64,000 bases of DNA from Haplodiscus bocki (lineage: Eukaryota). The first letter of the stretch is position 1; each line of letters starts with the position of its first letter. Shown in pieces: positions 1-12,420 of this stretch. The notes under the pieces were generated by a model. The model searched no databases. It worked only from the letters and a program-made list of their open reading frames with translations, and had not been told where the DNA came from. A program made the translations under genes and the position numbers. Location of the stretch: assembly GCA_965655095.1 (NCBI GenBank), contig OZ296650.1, positions 112,158,001-112,222,000 of the forward strand. The letters run 5' to 3'.

Positions 1-1100
1 CTGGTTCATAAAACTTCGGTTGATCCAAAATTAATACAGCTAAAGATATGTCTCCAAAACCATCGAAAAAAACGCACTCCCGAAAACGTTTCTCCGGTTT
101 TCAGTGAATGGAACGAACGTTTCGAATTATTCTTTGCAGGCAATAAAATAACTGCTCACGAAGAAATGAAAAAACAAGTTGTAGAAACACTACCTTTAGG
201 TCATACTGGTTTAACGAAAACGTTAGCAGAGAACAAAATATCTCGATGGTCTGAGTGGCAAAACGACAACGAGAGCAAATGGTGCACATGCACTGCATGC
301 ATGATTTCCGGTGGGAATTTGAAGTATTAATTACCATCGGCGGAAAAAAGTAAACTACCGGTATTGGCCAAACCCATAAAAGAAATAAATTGATTTTTCT
401 AACAGGATGCACGAGAGAAAATTTGTCGTTGAACCGTACTTTTTTAACGGAGTCAATAGTTGTAGTAAATGGCCTGTAGTCCGGATACGAAAATCAACCG
501 AAACGGAAGAAATTATAGCATTTAAGAAAACTTTTAATTATTTGTATGGAGTCTCCGAGAAAAAAATCAGACAAGGTTAGTGCATTCATATACAAAGATT
601 TAACAAGTTTTTGCAGAAGCAAGAATATCCAAATTGAATATCGCCCACCGAGACTTCAAACCACCACGGGGGCGGTTGGACGTGCAATTCAAACTCTGAA
701 GAAATTTTATTATTGCCATTTGACAAGATAAAATCGCTTCCACCGAAAATTTAGATCGAGCCTTGAAAGTAATTTGATCTATCATACAAACCAGACTAAA
801 AGTAGCCCCATCTGAACTACGTCACGGTAGAAAACCGAAGACCAAACTAATTAACCAAGTCAACGACAAGAAGAGTTACCTATCCGATTGGGCAAAATTA
901 AATAATTCAGTGCCACCGAAACAGAACTCGGTTTATGTGGGCTGTTACGAGAAAAGCGAGGTGACGGATCACATTGAGATGGCAGGGAAAGGAAAATTCC
1001 CTGCTGCTCCTCCCATAGATCCTCAAAGAAGAGACCAGCAAAGCCGATCAATGGAATCATTATCCGTAGACTTTTTTTGAAATGATTTTTCGGGAAAACA
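1..1100 (+). pseudogene. Degenerate Ty3/Gypsy pol fragment: integrase zinc-binding domain plus rve core
   Basis: Frame 1 (1-327) reads ...KKQVVETLPLGHTGLTKTLAE...KWCTCTACMISG, a decayed H-H-CxxC domain. Further frameshifted pieces read SKWPVVRI... and SDKVSAFIYKDLTSFCRSKNIQIEYRPPRLQTTTGAVGRAIQTLK, matching the SDxGxxF...FC...I...GxVERxxxTLK integrase core. Stops and frameshifts are present. Confidence 0.85.
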
Positions 1101-1752
1101 TCGGGGGAAAGGAAAAATAAGGAACAACCAAAAATTGCTATCGACGGTACCGAACAGATGGTCCGTACCGCAGATGAAAGAATTTTACACTAGAAGTTAA
1201 TACCAACACCTCTCAAGTATCAGAAATCACCAAAAAAAGACATGTCACCGAACAAAGACAAACTGAGAGGTCCGTCGGGAAGTACGTGAGCGCATCCGCA
1301 TATGAGAAAGGAAGGAAACAAGATTAAGTTAACATCTCGGAGTCTAAACCGAAGGTCAGGGAAGTTGAATCGGAGGACGAAGATAGTCATTTCGAGTGCT
1401 ACGACAAGTCGGACAGAAAGCCGGTACACGTGGATGTAGACAGAGAAATTACCGGAAGCTGCGGAAAGGATCTAACTTCGGCATTGTTACCGAACAGATG
1501 GGAAGATGAGATCAAAAATTATGGTGAGATGGGCGTCGCGAATGATAGTTGGGTGATAATATCAGTGTTCGAAAATCTAATAGAAATATGAGACCACCGG
1601 AGCGGTTGGGTAGTATACCAAATTATTGAATCGAAAATTTAACCGATACTTCTATTTCCAGGACTAACCCGGAAAAAGCCTCCGACCGAGACAGAGTCAT
1701 GGAGAAACTCGACTCGGACTATGATTCGATCGATGGATGACAAGTGAAACGT

Positions 1753-1765
1753 AGAAGGAGAGGGA
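1753..1765 (+). promoter_or_regulatory. Polypurine tract of the Gypsy element
   Basis: AGAAGGAGAGGGA lies downstream of the integrase remnant and is immediately followed by TGTT at 1766. Confidence 0.65.
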
Positions 1766-2060
1766 TGTTATATGGTGAACTCCGTTGATCCGGTTACACA
1801 ACCGAAGCATAATTGAATTGAAATTGACAACTAATTTTAGAAACCTGTTCTTACGTGTTGATAAACAAACATTTTGTTTTGTCGCTCGAACCCTATTATT
1901 CTTTAGAACCAGAGCTAGATAACTCCACAATTAGAAGAATTCGTAAATCAATTCTTTTGATTACTATCCGTGCTTGAACCCTAGTATTCTTTAGAACCAA
2001 GAGCTAGATAACTTCAAAATTAGAAGAATTCGTAAATCAATTCTTTTGATTACTATCCGT
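1766..2060 (+). mobile_element. Truncated 3' LTR of the Gypsy element
   Basis: Starts TG directly after the PPT. No terminal CA recognised; it runs into a different transposase remnant after about 2060. Confidence 0.55.
1884..2060. repeat. Tandem duplication, 2 x about 88 bp
   Basis: 1884-1971 and 1972-2060 are near-identical (gct.gaaccct...gattactatccgt). Confidence 0.92.
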
Positions 2061-2092
2061 AGAAGTATTGCAGTATCAAACTTTGTCCAATA

Positions 2093-2446
2093 TTGCTGAT
2101 ATTCTCTTGGAAATCAGATGAAATCTTTCTGCTGAATCTAACTGATGTTTTCAAAATAAAATGTCCTCTATTGGTTAGCGTTGATGTGGAGAGACTCTTC
2201 TCAGTCTTCAGAAGAATTCTTCACCCCCAAAAAGGTAAGAAAAGATCGACTGATTGTCGCACTGTCGCACACGTGAAATTTATTTGCATTGTACATTTAT
2301 TCAATATCAGTGAGTGTCAGTTGGAGCATTTAGGATTCTTAGGCTTTTTCCGCTCAATTTATCATTTTCTGCCATTTTTTGAAATATGGAAGAAAAATCA
2401 TCCACTCAAAGCGTGCGTTATTTTTACATTTAATTTCCAATTGTAA
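2093..2446 (+). pseudogene. hAT-like transposase C-terminal (dimerisation-type) remnant
   Basis: The ORF contains KCPLLVSVDVERLFSVFRRIL, matching the SxDVERxFS motif of hAT-related transposase C-termini. Confidence 0.5.
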
Positions 2447-3526
2447 CGTAAAATAACGTTAAAAACAGCTTTCTTGTATTATTTTTCTCGCGCTCGATGC
2501 ATTGTTACATTTGCTTGGTTTTGCCTATTTTCCACCCCATTCCCTATTTCCTATCGAGATTCCATCCCATTTCCCTGAAATTTACCCCAAAGGTTGAGTA
2601 TTTCTCACAGGCCTTCTTACGGGTGATTGTTTCGTGTGATGTTTGTTGGTAAGTGCCGTTGAAAGTTGAATCTACCTAAAGCTTTAAATCAACCAAGCAT
2701 GGAAGTCATTCAAAAGTTCACTTGGTAAGTGGATTCGGTAACTTCAAAGTATAGTAGTTGATTCAAAATTTATGAAAATGGTGACAGAGATAATGAAAAA
2801 CTAATAGTACCTCGTGAAAAGTCTAACTGCTTTTAAAAGAAAACCAAATAGAGAAGAATTTATTCAGCATCGGAGGGACGGAATCCATCACCTGCTTCTA
2901 TATAAAAGGCTATATAAAAGCCGAACTCCTGCAAAAGGTGTCTCGTATTCTGTACAGAAGCACCCGAAACTTGTAAGGTCAATGCTAACAATTCTGACTT
3001 TCTTCTGAGTTGACAGAAACTAACACTCACCTTTGAACATTTTCAACTACAGGATCGTTCCTGTCAAAAACGTTAATTAGTTTGATAACCCGATTGCAAT
3101 TCATTTGCTTGCAGTCGAAGTATTTCAGCGAGAAAAATTGGGAGATCGAATTAGTCAATCTCGAACTTATAACTTTATTTTCATGATTCATGATTTTTCA
3201 AAAACAAACAAAAGCTGACAAATTCACCAAGTCAATTCCCAGAAAATGGGTATCCGAATAAGAAAAGGCAAATAAAAAGGGCTAGATATGGACGAAAATG
3301 ACTTTGATTGCCAAACTCAATGACTCCTGCTCTTTTGGACCGAAGTATGAAAAACGGAAAATGAAAATCATTTAACTGGCACTGAAATAAAGTTTCAGTT
3401 ATTCACCGGATGAAGAAGCTGAATGAGTAGTTTAAAAAAAATGGGGGATTATCAAAGATGCACAATTTTTGACGCACTGGGAAAATTTCAGTTCCGTGCA
3501 GGAACGAAGTACAGAGTTTAGAATTA

Positions 3527-3614
3527 CCCGGGTAGAGAGTCATGGCATGAACACGGTGCATAATAATCACCATGCTATAATCACGGCATGCTGGTCATAT
3601 TCTTGCATCCCGGG
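3527..3614. mobile_element. Minimal CATG-rich element with CCCGGG ends
   Basis: Starts CCCGGGTAG and ends CCCGGG, with several internal CATG motifs. Same style as the blocks at 18.8-19.5, 23.4, 31.0, 38.4, 44.2, 46.6 and 52.2 kb. Confidence 0.5.
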
Positions 3615-5439
3615 GAGTTTTTAAGACTGAATTTCAAAAACAATGAAGGACTGCCTTGAAAAAAATGCTTGAAGGCCATTCAACGCCAATTGAACATTCT
3701 TCAGAATTCTCGTTCAAGTAAATCTATATTCCTATCTTCACATTCCGACGATATTTAAAAGGAAGTAGAAATTGCATTGAAACCCTCTTTCAACTCTGAT
3801 GTCGGCACGTGTAGTTTTGATGTCTAAATTTCAACTATGAACATAACGCATGAGTGCAGATATCGAAAAAATGCTGCCGAACAAAGTGGCTTCGATGAAA
3901 CAAGCCGAGCACAACTCTAAGTCAGTACATTCAGCATTCAGGTCTTTATGCTTTCTTTGTCTAGCTTAATAACATTCATTTTAAAGTGTTAAATTGGTGA
4001 AGTTAAGTCGATTTCAGTGGACATTAAAAAAGTCGCTGTAATAGTCGGACACTTTTTCTCAAAAGCGACGACTAAAAACCACGTGCATAGAATTTTTGAC
4101 CTCTGCGGATCCGACGAAAAAATGTTTCATCTTCAAAAGTCTGTTTTTATCTTTAATTTTTTGTCTACTCTCGAAGCATTCATGTTTCAGTGTTAAGCGT
4201 GTCTGAGATCTGCTCTTTCAGAAAAAATGATAGAAATCTCATTTTGATAGAAGCTTGAATGATAAATACGACAATGAAATTTTGGGCTCTGAAACTTCTC
4301 TACATATTTACATGGAAAACAAAATTGTTGCACATGGAATAAAAATATCTTCAATGAACTCGAGTTCTTTGAAGATGTTTTTGTTCCCTGTCAACCATTT
4401 GTTTTTTCTCAACTATAAAAAGAAAAAATGATGAAGAACTCTCACGCAGTATTGACATAATATACATACAGTGCAGCAAGGGGGAGTTGGTGGGGGGAGT
4501 GGGTGAAGCGTTGCAAATACCTTTAAAAAATGGAAGGATTTCGCACCACCGCCCCTCCCCAATGAATTATCGATTTTTGCTGTGTGTCAATACCACTGGA
4601 GAGTTGTTTTCAAAATTCTAAGGTAAGAGTTAAATGAAATTAGTTTAACGGAGATGCTTTCAAAAACATGTATTTTAAAGGGGGATCTGAAAATGAAATT
4701 AGATCTTATTCATATATGATTTGCACATCGAATCATCATCAAACCATCAAACAAAACAAAAGACGTTTCCAACTACATAGGGAAGTTATTTTCTATGCGA
4801 ATTGGCGGAAAAAACTTCAATTTGGAATTTAAAAAAAATATTCTACCCGTAGAACGATACCCGAGTTCTACAGTAATGAAAACTTATGAGCGGTGCTTAT
4901 TCAAAAATAAGGTACCTCATTTTTACCTCCATGCAAAAATTATACAGGGCTTCTCTGATTTTACCAGAGTACGCGCTCTATTGAGAAGTGAAACGAAAAA
5001 AAAAAGGACTAACCAACTTTAAGTGTAAAATTTGTTATAATCACTTCTTCAAAACGCCAGCTTTTTTCTTCCAGCCCTTGTTGGACAGATAGCGCAATAG
5101 TTTGTGCATATAACATTGACAGAATAACAAATAATTTGATAATACGCGTCTGTGAGTAAGCTGTTTTCCTGAGTGAGGTGTAATGAAAAGATGAATGCTG
5201 TGAATTAATAAACTGCAGCGAAAAGGTTTGATGACTCATCATTGATTGTGATTTCCTTGCCTGGAGGAAGTAATGTAGGATACCTGAGCAGTATTGGAAG
5301 TGAGGTGGTCTCACCGCCTTTGTTTCAAGTCGAAGTGATTGCTCATCAACGCTCTCAATAGAAAAGTATACAACAATCCGGGAACGGCCCAAGCGCTGAA
5401 TCACGAAAATCTTCGGTACTTGCTTTTGGAAAAAAATGC

Positions 5440-5562
5440 ATTGAGATTTTTGGAATTTTGGGATACGGTATTTTGGGTTTTGGGATTTTTTCTTGTACGT
5501 AATTTTCTAGGTTTCCGGGCATCGGGTTCTTTCCAGGACTGCCGAAGGCCTACAAAGACCCC
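5440..5562 (+). repeat. Dispersed repeat (second copy about 13125-13240)
   Basis: Both copies share ggatttt...ttcttgtacgtaat...tttcc...gaaggcct...gacccc. Confidence 0.65.
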
Positions 5563-7300
5563 AATACTAGACTGTAGAAATATTTCATCAGTTTTGATGG
5601 TCTTTAAAAAACAAAGGTAACTGGAATAGTCGGATGGTTGGGTGCGTGTTCTAAAGAGCACCGAATAAACATACTTTTCTAAAATGCGCTGACTAAAAAT
5701 ACGTTTCTAAAGAGCGCCGAATAAAAATCAATTGCCGAAAATTTTCTTCTTTCGACACCGATTAAAGAATTTGCATTTAATAAACATTTCGTTTTCTTGA
5801 ATTGCAATCGTGTATCTTCAAGTTTCAACTGAAGATCTTTCGACCACGCTATTGTAAAATTATAGCATGGTGCTCTCAAAGAAATATTCATTAAATTGCA
5901 TATGGTGATGAAATGCATCATACACCTGGTTCTGTTTCTCAACATTCTTCACGATATCGTTCTGGAATTGAGCAAAAGTTCGAGAAAAGCGAAGCAACGA
6001 TCAAGATTTAAGCACTTACAATTTCAAATTTAATCGCTTTTTGAGCTCACGAAGGACAATTTAATGCTAGACAGTCGCGGTTAAAAAATGTTGACATAAG
6101 AGTACCAAAGCAACGGAATACCAACGTTTCCTCTGTTGGCACTACGCAAAAAACAAGGCGGAAACGGCCCAAGTCTGAGCTGCCCGTAAGGTTCGACCTG
6201 ATCAGTATACTTCCAGGGAGTGCCTTTGATGTTTTGAAAAATTTTGGACTTCCAGCCCAAGAAAAATGGGTGTTCACAACTTTTTAATCGAAAAAAATGT
6301 TTGTCCCGCAGTGCCGAAAAACCTTGTAAGGGGGACCTTTTGGTGTTTTCAAAATTTCAGAAATCTGATTTATTTTGTCATTCACTGTTCAAATAATGTA
6401 ATAAAAAAAGTTTATTTTGAACTAAATTGACAGTTGATGCTAGGATGATCCATTTTTTTTTCGTAAATTTTACTTCGATCCTTATAAAGGTGCAACACTT
6501 CCAAAACTTTACCTGAGTTGTGAGGATTGATGCAATCGGTGGACGGTGTATCAAAATAATTGGTAAGTAGAGATATAAATTTATTGAGATTATTTCTAGA
6601 GATAAAGCAATAACTACTTCAAAGCGATTCTTCAAGATAATGTCACAAGAGCCCAAAGCCAAGTAATTAAACTGTCAGTGACGTTACAGGCAGGCAAACA
6701 AGTTTTTCTTCACTCACGGAATTACGTTAGTGAACACTTCACAGTGACGACACCATATCTAAACAAATCGAACACCTTTCACAGTTCGGAGTTTCAAGGA
6801 TTGCAATTTTGGGGGTGTTCAGATGCAAATTTACATGTTATTCATTTTGCTCCCTCCCATCATCATTTCCGTAACTTTCCTTGCAGAGTAAATCAACTCA
6901 TGCAAGACTTATTTTCAAGCCTGGCTTGATTTATATCAGCAATAAATTTAACAAAAGCATTTATACCCCTATGAACAGTCCAAGATCTTTTGGGCTTCTC
7001 TTTTAAGGAAACCAAAGTCAATTAAAGCCACCCCCCTCCAACCAGTGTGGTGCATCGCTCAAATAGAATAGCTTAGCTAATCTCTGATGCCACTTTCGAA
7101 GATTTTTGAAGATATCCTGGAAGGTCCAATTTTGAGCTGCTAACCTGCTTCGCTGACGAAATTGCGTCACTACCACTTAACGATCTGCTTACGCTATTAG
7201 CGGTGCAATACTTTCCCCGCACACAATGATGAATGAGCGAATTGCTAAGCGTCGTAATGGTATCACGGTTTTCAGAAACTTACTTCAGGCTGAAACATAA

Positions 7301-7747
7301 GATTACGTACCAACTGACATAAGATTACGTACCAAATGACATAAGACCACCAAACATAAATTTTTGAGTAGTCTCGCGAAATATAAAATTATCAATACCT
7401 ATTATCGATAATGAGTACGATTGTGCTTCTAACAGTCGGAAAGGGATTTGCAATACCAGCAGCATTGAAACCAACGCCTTCGGCACCTCGACATCGCCCG
7501 TTCCGACCACTAGGCGGCAGTTATTTGTGACAAGACTACGCTCGGATATACTTACCTGCCGCCATTGGCAACAACTTGTTGTTCGTAAAAACATTCACTG
7601 CTATATTATAACAAAGTATTATTGGATAGTATGCATGTAAATTTCAGCCAATCACAAAGTTCTGTCGGTACGAGATCTTATTTCTATGTTTAGTGAGACT
7701 CTTCTCAATTTTATGTTTACTGGTCTTATTTTATTTGGGAATTCACC
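7301..7747 (+). mobile_element. Mutator-like MITE, family A, copy 1
   Basis: Homologous over about 420 bp to the reverse complement of 40769-41193. Imperfect TIRs with ACATAA subrepeats, flanked by the direct repeat aaacataa, with a 22-bp duplication at the left end. Confidence 0.8.
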
Positions 7748-7821
7748 AAACATAAAACTAATTGTAATTGCAACAAGTGTAAAATTAAAATTGTATAAAT
7801 CAGACAAAACATACCGTGAGT

Positions 7822-8542
7822 GGTGTCAGAACATAATACCCAAAGTCATAATACCCAATGTGACACAATACCCAATGCCATAATTCCCAATGTTACATCA
7901 TACCCACAATTGAACAATAATTTCTTTATTGTTTTAATTTAAGTAATTACCAGCGTCGTGTATTATGTCACACATTTCATATACTTAATCACAATTGTAA
8001 TACCTTAACATCGGAAACAGGAGAATCGTCTGGAAACACCAAATTTCTTATCGCCCAAAAATTTCAAAAAAATCAAAACTCACTCAAAAGTCAGAGAATT
8101 TTTCCCTTCTGTGATGTTGACACTGGAGTAGTGTTGACTAAGTCAAGACGACTCTAGTTTCCGAAAAGGCGAAAAACTAATATCTTGAGCCCGTGGTTTA
8201 CTCGGTATATGGAATGTTGTAAAGACTCTCCTATGAAAATTCAAAAATTTTCGCCACTGCGAGACCAATGAAAAATAGTGACTGTACCCTTTTCTGGTCA
8301 GAAAATCTAGGATTTTTCAAATACATGTACTTACTTGTTTTATTTGTAGGTAATTACTTGAGTACTAATTAACGAGCAATTATACTTTAATTTTGGGTAT
8401 TAGAGTATGGGGTAATGTGGTATTGGGTATTATGCCACGTTGGGTATTATGCCACGTTGGGTATTATGCCACGTTGGGTATTATGTCACATTTGGTATTA
8501 TGGCATTGCGTATTATGGCATTGGGTATTATGACATGTAACC
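7822..8542. mobile_element. Foldback/Mutator-like MITE with inverted CATAATACCCAA arrays
   Basis: Left array (cataatacccaa)n at about 7830-7905 and inverted right array (ttgggtattatg)n at about 8393-8535. Ends GGT...ACC; flanks accgtgagt / accgtcgagt (TSD with one indel). Confidence 0.8.
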
Positions 8543-9293
8543 ACCGTCGAGTCTATGTTTCGACACGGTGACAATTTGAATCACACGTCAGCCGTCCCAG
8601 TTTTGTTTTGAATTCCAAAAAAAATCGATACTTTGGAAGTTACAATTCATCAAAGTTGACCTTCGCTAACTATGAGTGGCGATTCTGATTTCAGTTCGAT
8701 CAGAATTTCAAAATCCACGTTATCACAATTAAGTGCACCTATTTTCAACTAATTTTTATGAGCATCAAAAACGCAATAATTTCGTAATTTAAAAAGTTCC
8801 ATCAAATTCAAATTAAAGCAGAAAACTAAATGATACTTTGGGTTATGTTACTTATATCCCCGAAAACTCATAGGGGGTGGCAAGTAACAAGATCAGCAAA
8901 GCGTTAAAATTGGGTCGATGTTCAAACTTAATGCCATTTTATGTCCGCATATGTCGAGCATAGTAGTTTGACGGTTATTGTTACGCATTGTAGGCCGTAT
9001 TTGAGATTAACTCAATAGCACATTGAAACACTTGAATTTTCTAGTACTTTTTAACCCATACTGAGCTTTCAGAAACAAGGATACTGAAATAAGACAACTT
9101 TTTGAAATAAGACAACATGAGTATTTAGAGATTCATCTGGTTATGATATTTAAGATTTGCACGGTTATTGCCACGATATTTTACTATTTCCAAATTTGCT
9201 CTCGTTTGAACACTCGTTTGCAATACTCGCACTCCGATTTAATCAACACATTGTCAAACTAATCAACACACAGTGTAACCAATGGTTTTCAAC

Positions 9294-9726
9294 CAGACAC
9301 CGTGAAAATCTGCCCCGAGAAAACAGCAGAATTGGCAGCGTAAACTCTGCCAATTCTGCTGTTTTCTGCTCGGAGCAGATTTTCACGTTCACAACAGATG
9401 GAGCAGAATAGAAAAATTTCATGCTATGAAAAATGTTCATGCTAAGATTTTAACGAAATAACCAAAAAAAACCTGGGAAAAATCTCATCGGTCCATAAAG
9501 TGAAAGAAAATGTGACAGACGTAAATGAAAGACTACATGGAAATCCTAGAGAAACGAGCACAAAAATATGCAAAATAATTCATGATTCGAGAACCTTTGG
9601 TTGGACAACATATCCTTTGTTCCTTTGAAAACAATAACTTCATTAAGGATTTTCCAAATAGCAGAAAATAGATTTTGGGCGGCAGCAGAAGTTCGGTTTG
9701 AGAGCAGCAGATTTTCGAGGTGTCTG
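9294..9726. mobile_element. TIR MITE containing an 87-nt hairpin
   Basis: TIRs cagacaccgtgaaaatctgc / gcagattttcgaggtgtctg, recurring gcaga motifs, and an internal hairpin at 9301-9387. Confidence 0.7.
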
Positions 9727-10004
9727 TTTTCAACCCTAGATACGGGAAAATGCTAAATGGAATCACAATTCAACACTGAAGGAAATGCATGACCTTCAAT
9801 TACATGCAGTTAGATATTATGAGAACTCGAATTTATGTAACGACCGATCAGATTCAACTGCCGTTTAAAGTTACAATCGATCGCAGAGCCAATTAAATGT
9901 TGGCCTGCATTTCAATTTTTTCATTGATCTGGTTCAAGTTACGCAATTTTAATTTAAAATATCAGATAACAGATTGGAATCTAATTTATTACATTAATCC
10001 GAAA

Positions 10005-11186
10005 ATGCTTCCTCTAAAAAATGTGGACGCCGAGTTCTGTCAATAACAAAAATTTGAACCGTACCAGTCTTTGTCAGGGTGTTATGCAATTGCCGATCTA
10101 CTGTTTATTCAATTAATGAAAAAGAATAAAATTCAAAAGTACTCCACAGAAAACGAAAATCACAGTGGAAAATCTATGAAACGAGGTCTCATTCTCGACC
10201 TGGCAAAGCTCTCTAAATTTAGGTACCAAAATGCCGGGACAAAGATATTCCTCCCTTACAGGACATTCTTTCTGGGAAAGCTGTATGTAGTTTTACCTGT
10301 AAGTTAAATGGGAATTCTCTGAATGGGAATTCATAGCCAGTAAAGGTTGGTAATTTCTCCAAACGACAGAAAGAGAAAATCTTTCAATTCAAGAAAAACT
10401 TTCAGACTGTAAAATGTTGGCGGACGCATTGAAGGGGAAATTCTCAAGGTTAGCTACTGGTTTTTCGAAACACCAAATAATCAATACAGATGAACCTGGT
10501 TTCTTCCGCCAAATGTAACTTCACTAATACAGCCTATGGATCAAGGCATCATTTCGCCCCTCAAGGGGCGCTACAAAGTCAGTTTTCTTAGAGAATTATA
10601 GTTGAAACCGAAGCAAGCAAAGCAAGTTTTGATTAGATTATGAAAGATCTTAACATTCTCAAAGTCTCGCCTCTAATTGTAGAGGCCTCAAAAAGTAAAC
10701 CCGACACAACTTTAGTCCGAGCATGGTCGAGACTCTACCCAGAAGAAATTGCTGAAGTTGATACCCGATAATCAGCCGAATATATATTGCAGCAAATTTT
10801 CAATGCAACAGCCCCTGCTGGAAAGTTCGGAGCAGAAATCAATGCTTGGTTGGTAAACAATGAAGCTCCTCCATATGAGCTCATGGATGAAGAACAAATT
10901 ATTACAAAGGTGATTAATGAATGAACCTGAAGCGAAGCGATCAATCTGAGAATGCGATAGAGGAACTCCCTTCTGAGAAAAAAGAAGCAACTCGAAGCAA
11001 CCACATCCAAACTCTCAGTTCTGCAACGTTTGGAGCAACGTTCTCGAAATCGTCACATGGATTCTTAATGCAAATGAAAGTCACTTCATTTTTTAAAACA
11101 ATTTGCTTGATTTTATATTAGATTTTATATAGTCATTTTATGTTTTCGCTCGCCCAAATGTTATATGAAATTGCGGTTCTACTGTA
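10005..11186 (+). mobile_element. Tigger/pogo-family (CENP-B HTH + DDE_1) transposon remnant
   Basis: Decayed frames give CENP-B-like STVYSI...KSMKRG...EKA and FIASKGW, then [36 protein letters not shown] and DTTLVRAWSRL. The 3' TIR gcggttctactg ends at 11184 and is followed by TA. The 5' TIR was not located. Confidence 0.9.
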
Positions 11187-12060
11187 TCCTCCTCAAATTT
11201 CCCAGCAACTTGCAGACAACTAGTTGGCGCAGACAACTAGTTGGCCAAAAGTGATGAAAGCTCGGCCTCAATGAACAAAGTTATTCAACCCAGAAAATTT
11301 TTATCCCGATATTTCATTCCACGGAAGAAACCTGCTTTTGTTCACCAAATAATACACGAACACCGCTATGATCCAGCCATAAGGCAACTCAAAAACAACC
11401 ATTACATCTTTATTCTTTCCGAAAAAGAAAATTATTTTCGTTGACTGTCTTTTTCTTTTGTGCCATGATTATTCAAAGCAGATGACGATAGGAAAACAGT
11501 TTTTTCACCCAAATTAATGCAGTGTTCTGATGAAGAAACCAATCAAAAGGCTGTGAAAAAGACAGGCAACAATTCAAATTCAAAAAGCGAACTTACAGGG
11601 AAGTTTCCCAAATAAAAGTTTCGTAGATGTTTTACTAAAATACAATGGTTTTTGTTTGAAGAAAATTGCCTACGATTGAAATAATTTGAAAATAAAATTT
11701 CTTGGATGTGCAATTGTGAGATTTCAAGATAACTGTCAGAAATAACAGTTCAGGGTTTTAAAAAATCACCAAATGTTAGGACTTTCAAGCTTTTGGGAAA
11801 AGTTTTGTTAGCTTAATTCTTGAAATGCAAATATTGAGAAACGGTTGCGCTTTTCAATTAAACGTGTTATCTTTCTATAACTTGCTGACATTGACTATAC
11901 AGCGACAAAAATTAAAGTGTACCATTTTTTTTTCACAGCCTGATGCTTCATTTCTTTATCTTTATTATTGTATGTAATCTTTCGATTAATCAAGGAATGA
12001 AACAAATTGAATGGATATTACTGCACATTTTGATAGAGACACAACTAACAGACACAACTA

Positions 12061-12176
12061 ACAGCAATTGTGAAAAACTACTGTAAATATCAATTTTTCA
12101 AAAAAAACAGTTGTGAAATTTTATTGTAATTAAAGATTTTTCAAAAACTACAGTTGAGAAAAATTGTAATTTAACA
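12061..12176. repeat. Degenerate tandem repeat, about 3 x 43-46 bp
   Basis: Units of the form acag..ttgtgaaa...tgtaa...tttttcaaaaa. Confidence 0.65.
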
Positions 12177-12289
12177 TCAAATGCTATTCATCTTAATTCG
12201 TCACATTTAGGCAATAAATTTTTGGATAGCAATGGTCCTCAACCCATCAAATTTACTTAAAGTAAGCTGCGAGAGCATTGAAAAAAGTT

Positions 12290-12420
12290 GCATGTTTTTG
12301 GTACAAAACGGTTTTGAAAGCTGTTTGGAGGAAAAAATGCACGTTATTGGTGTAAAACGGTTTTTAAAGCTGTTTGGTGAAAGAAAATGCATGCTTTAGT
12401 TATAAAACGGTGTTGAAAGC
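12290..12420. repeat. Tandem repeat, about 2.7 x 49-50 bp
   Basis: Units start at 12290, 12339 and 12389 (gcatg...aaaacggttttgaaagctgtttgg...). Confidence 0.8.

Noticed and set aside
101-1429. Minus-strand ORFs listed at 101-412, 600-785, 860-1060 and 1220-1429
   Set aside because: They are antisense shadows of the plus-strand integrase remnant.
7548-7558. ATACTTACCTG matching the U1 snRNA 5' end
   Set aside because: Downstream sequence is not U1-like, it lies inside a MITE, and the homologous copy at about 40960 lacks the match.
11211-11246. 17-bp direct duplication gcagacaactagttggc (similar short duplications at about 9087 and 12037)
   Set aside because: Ordinary slippage or excision-footprint-type duplications without further structure.
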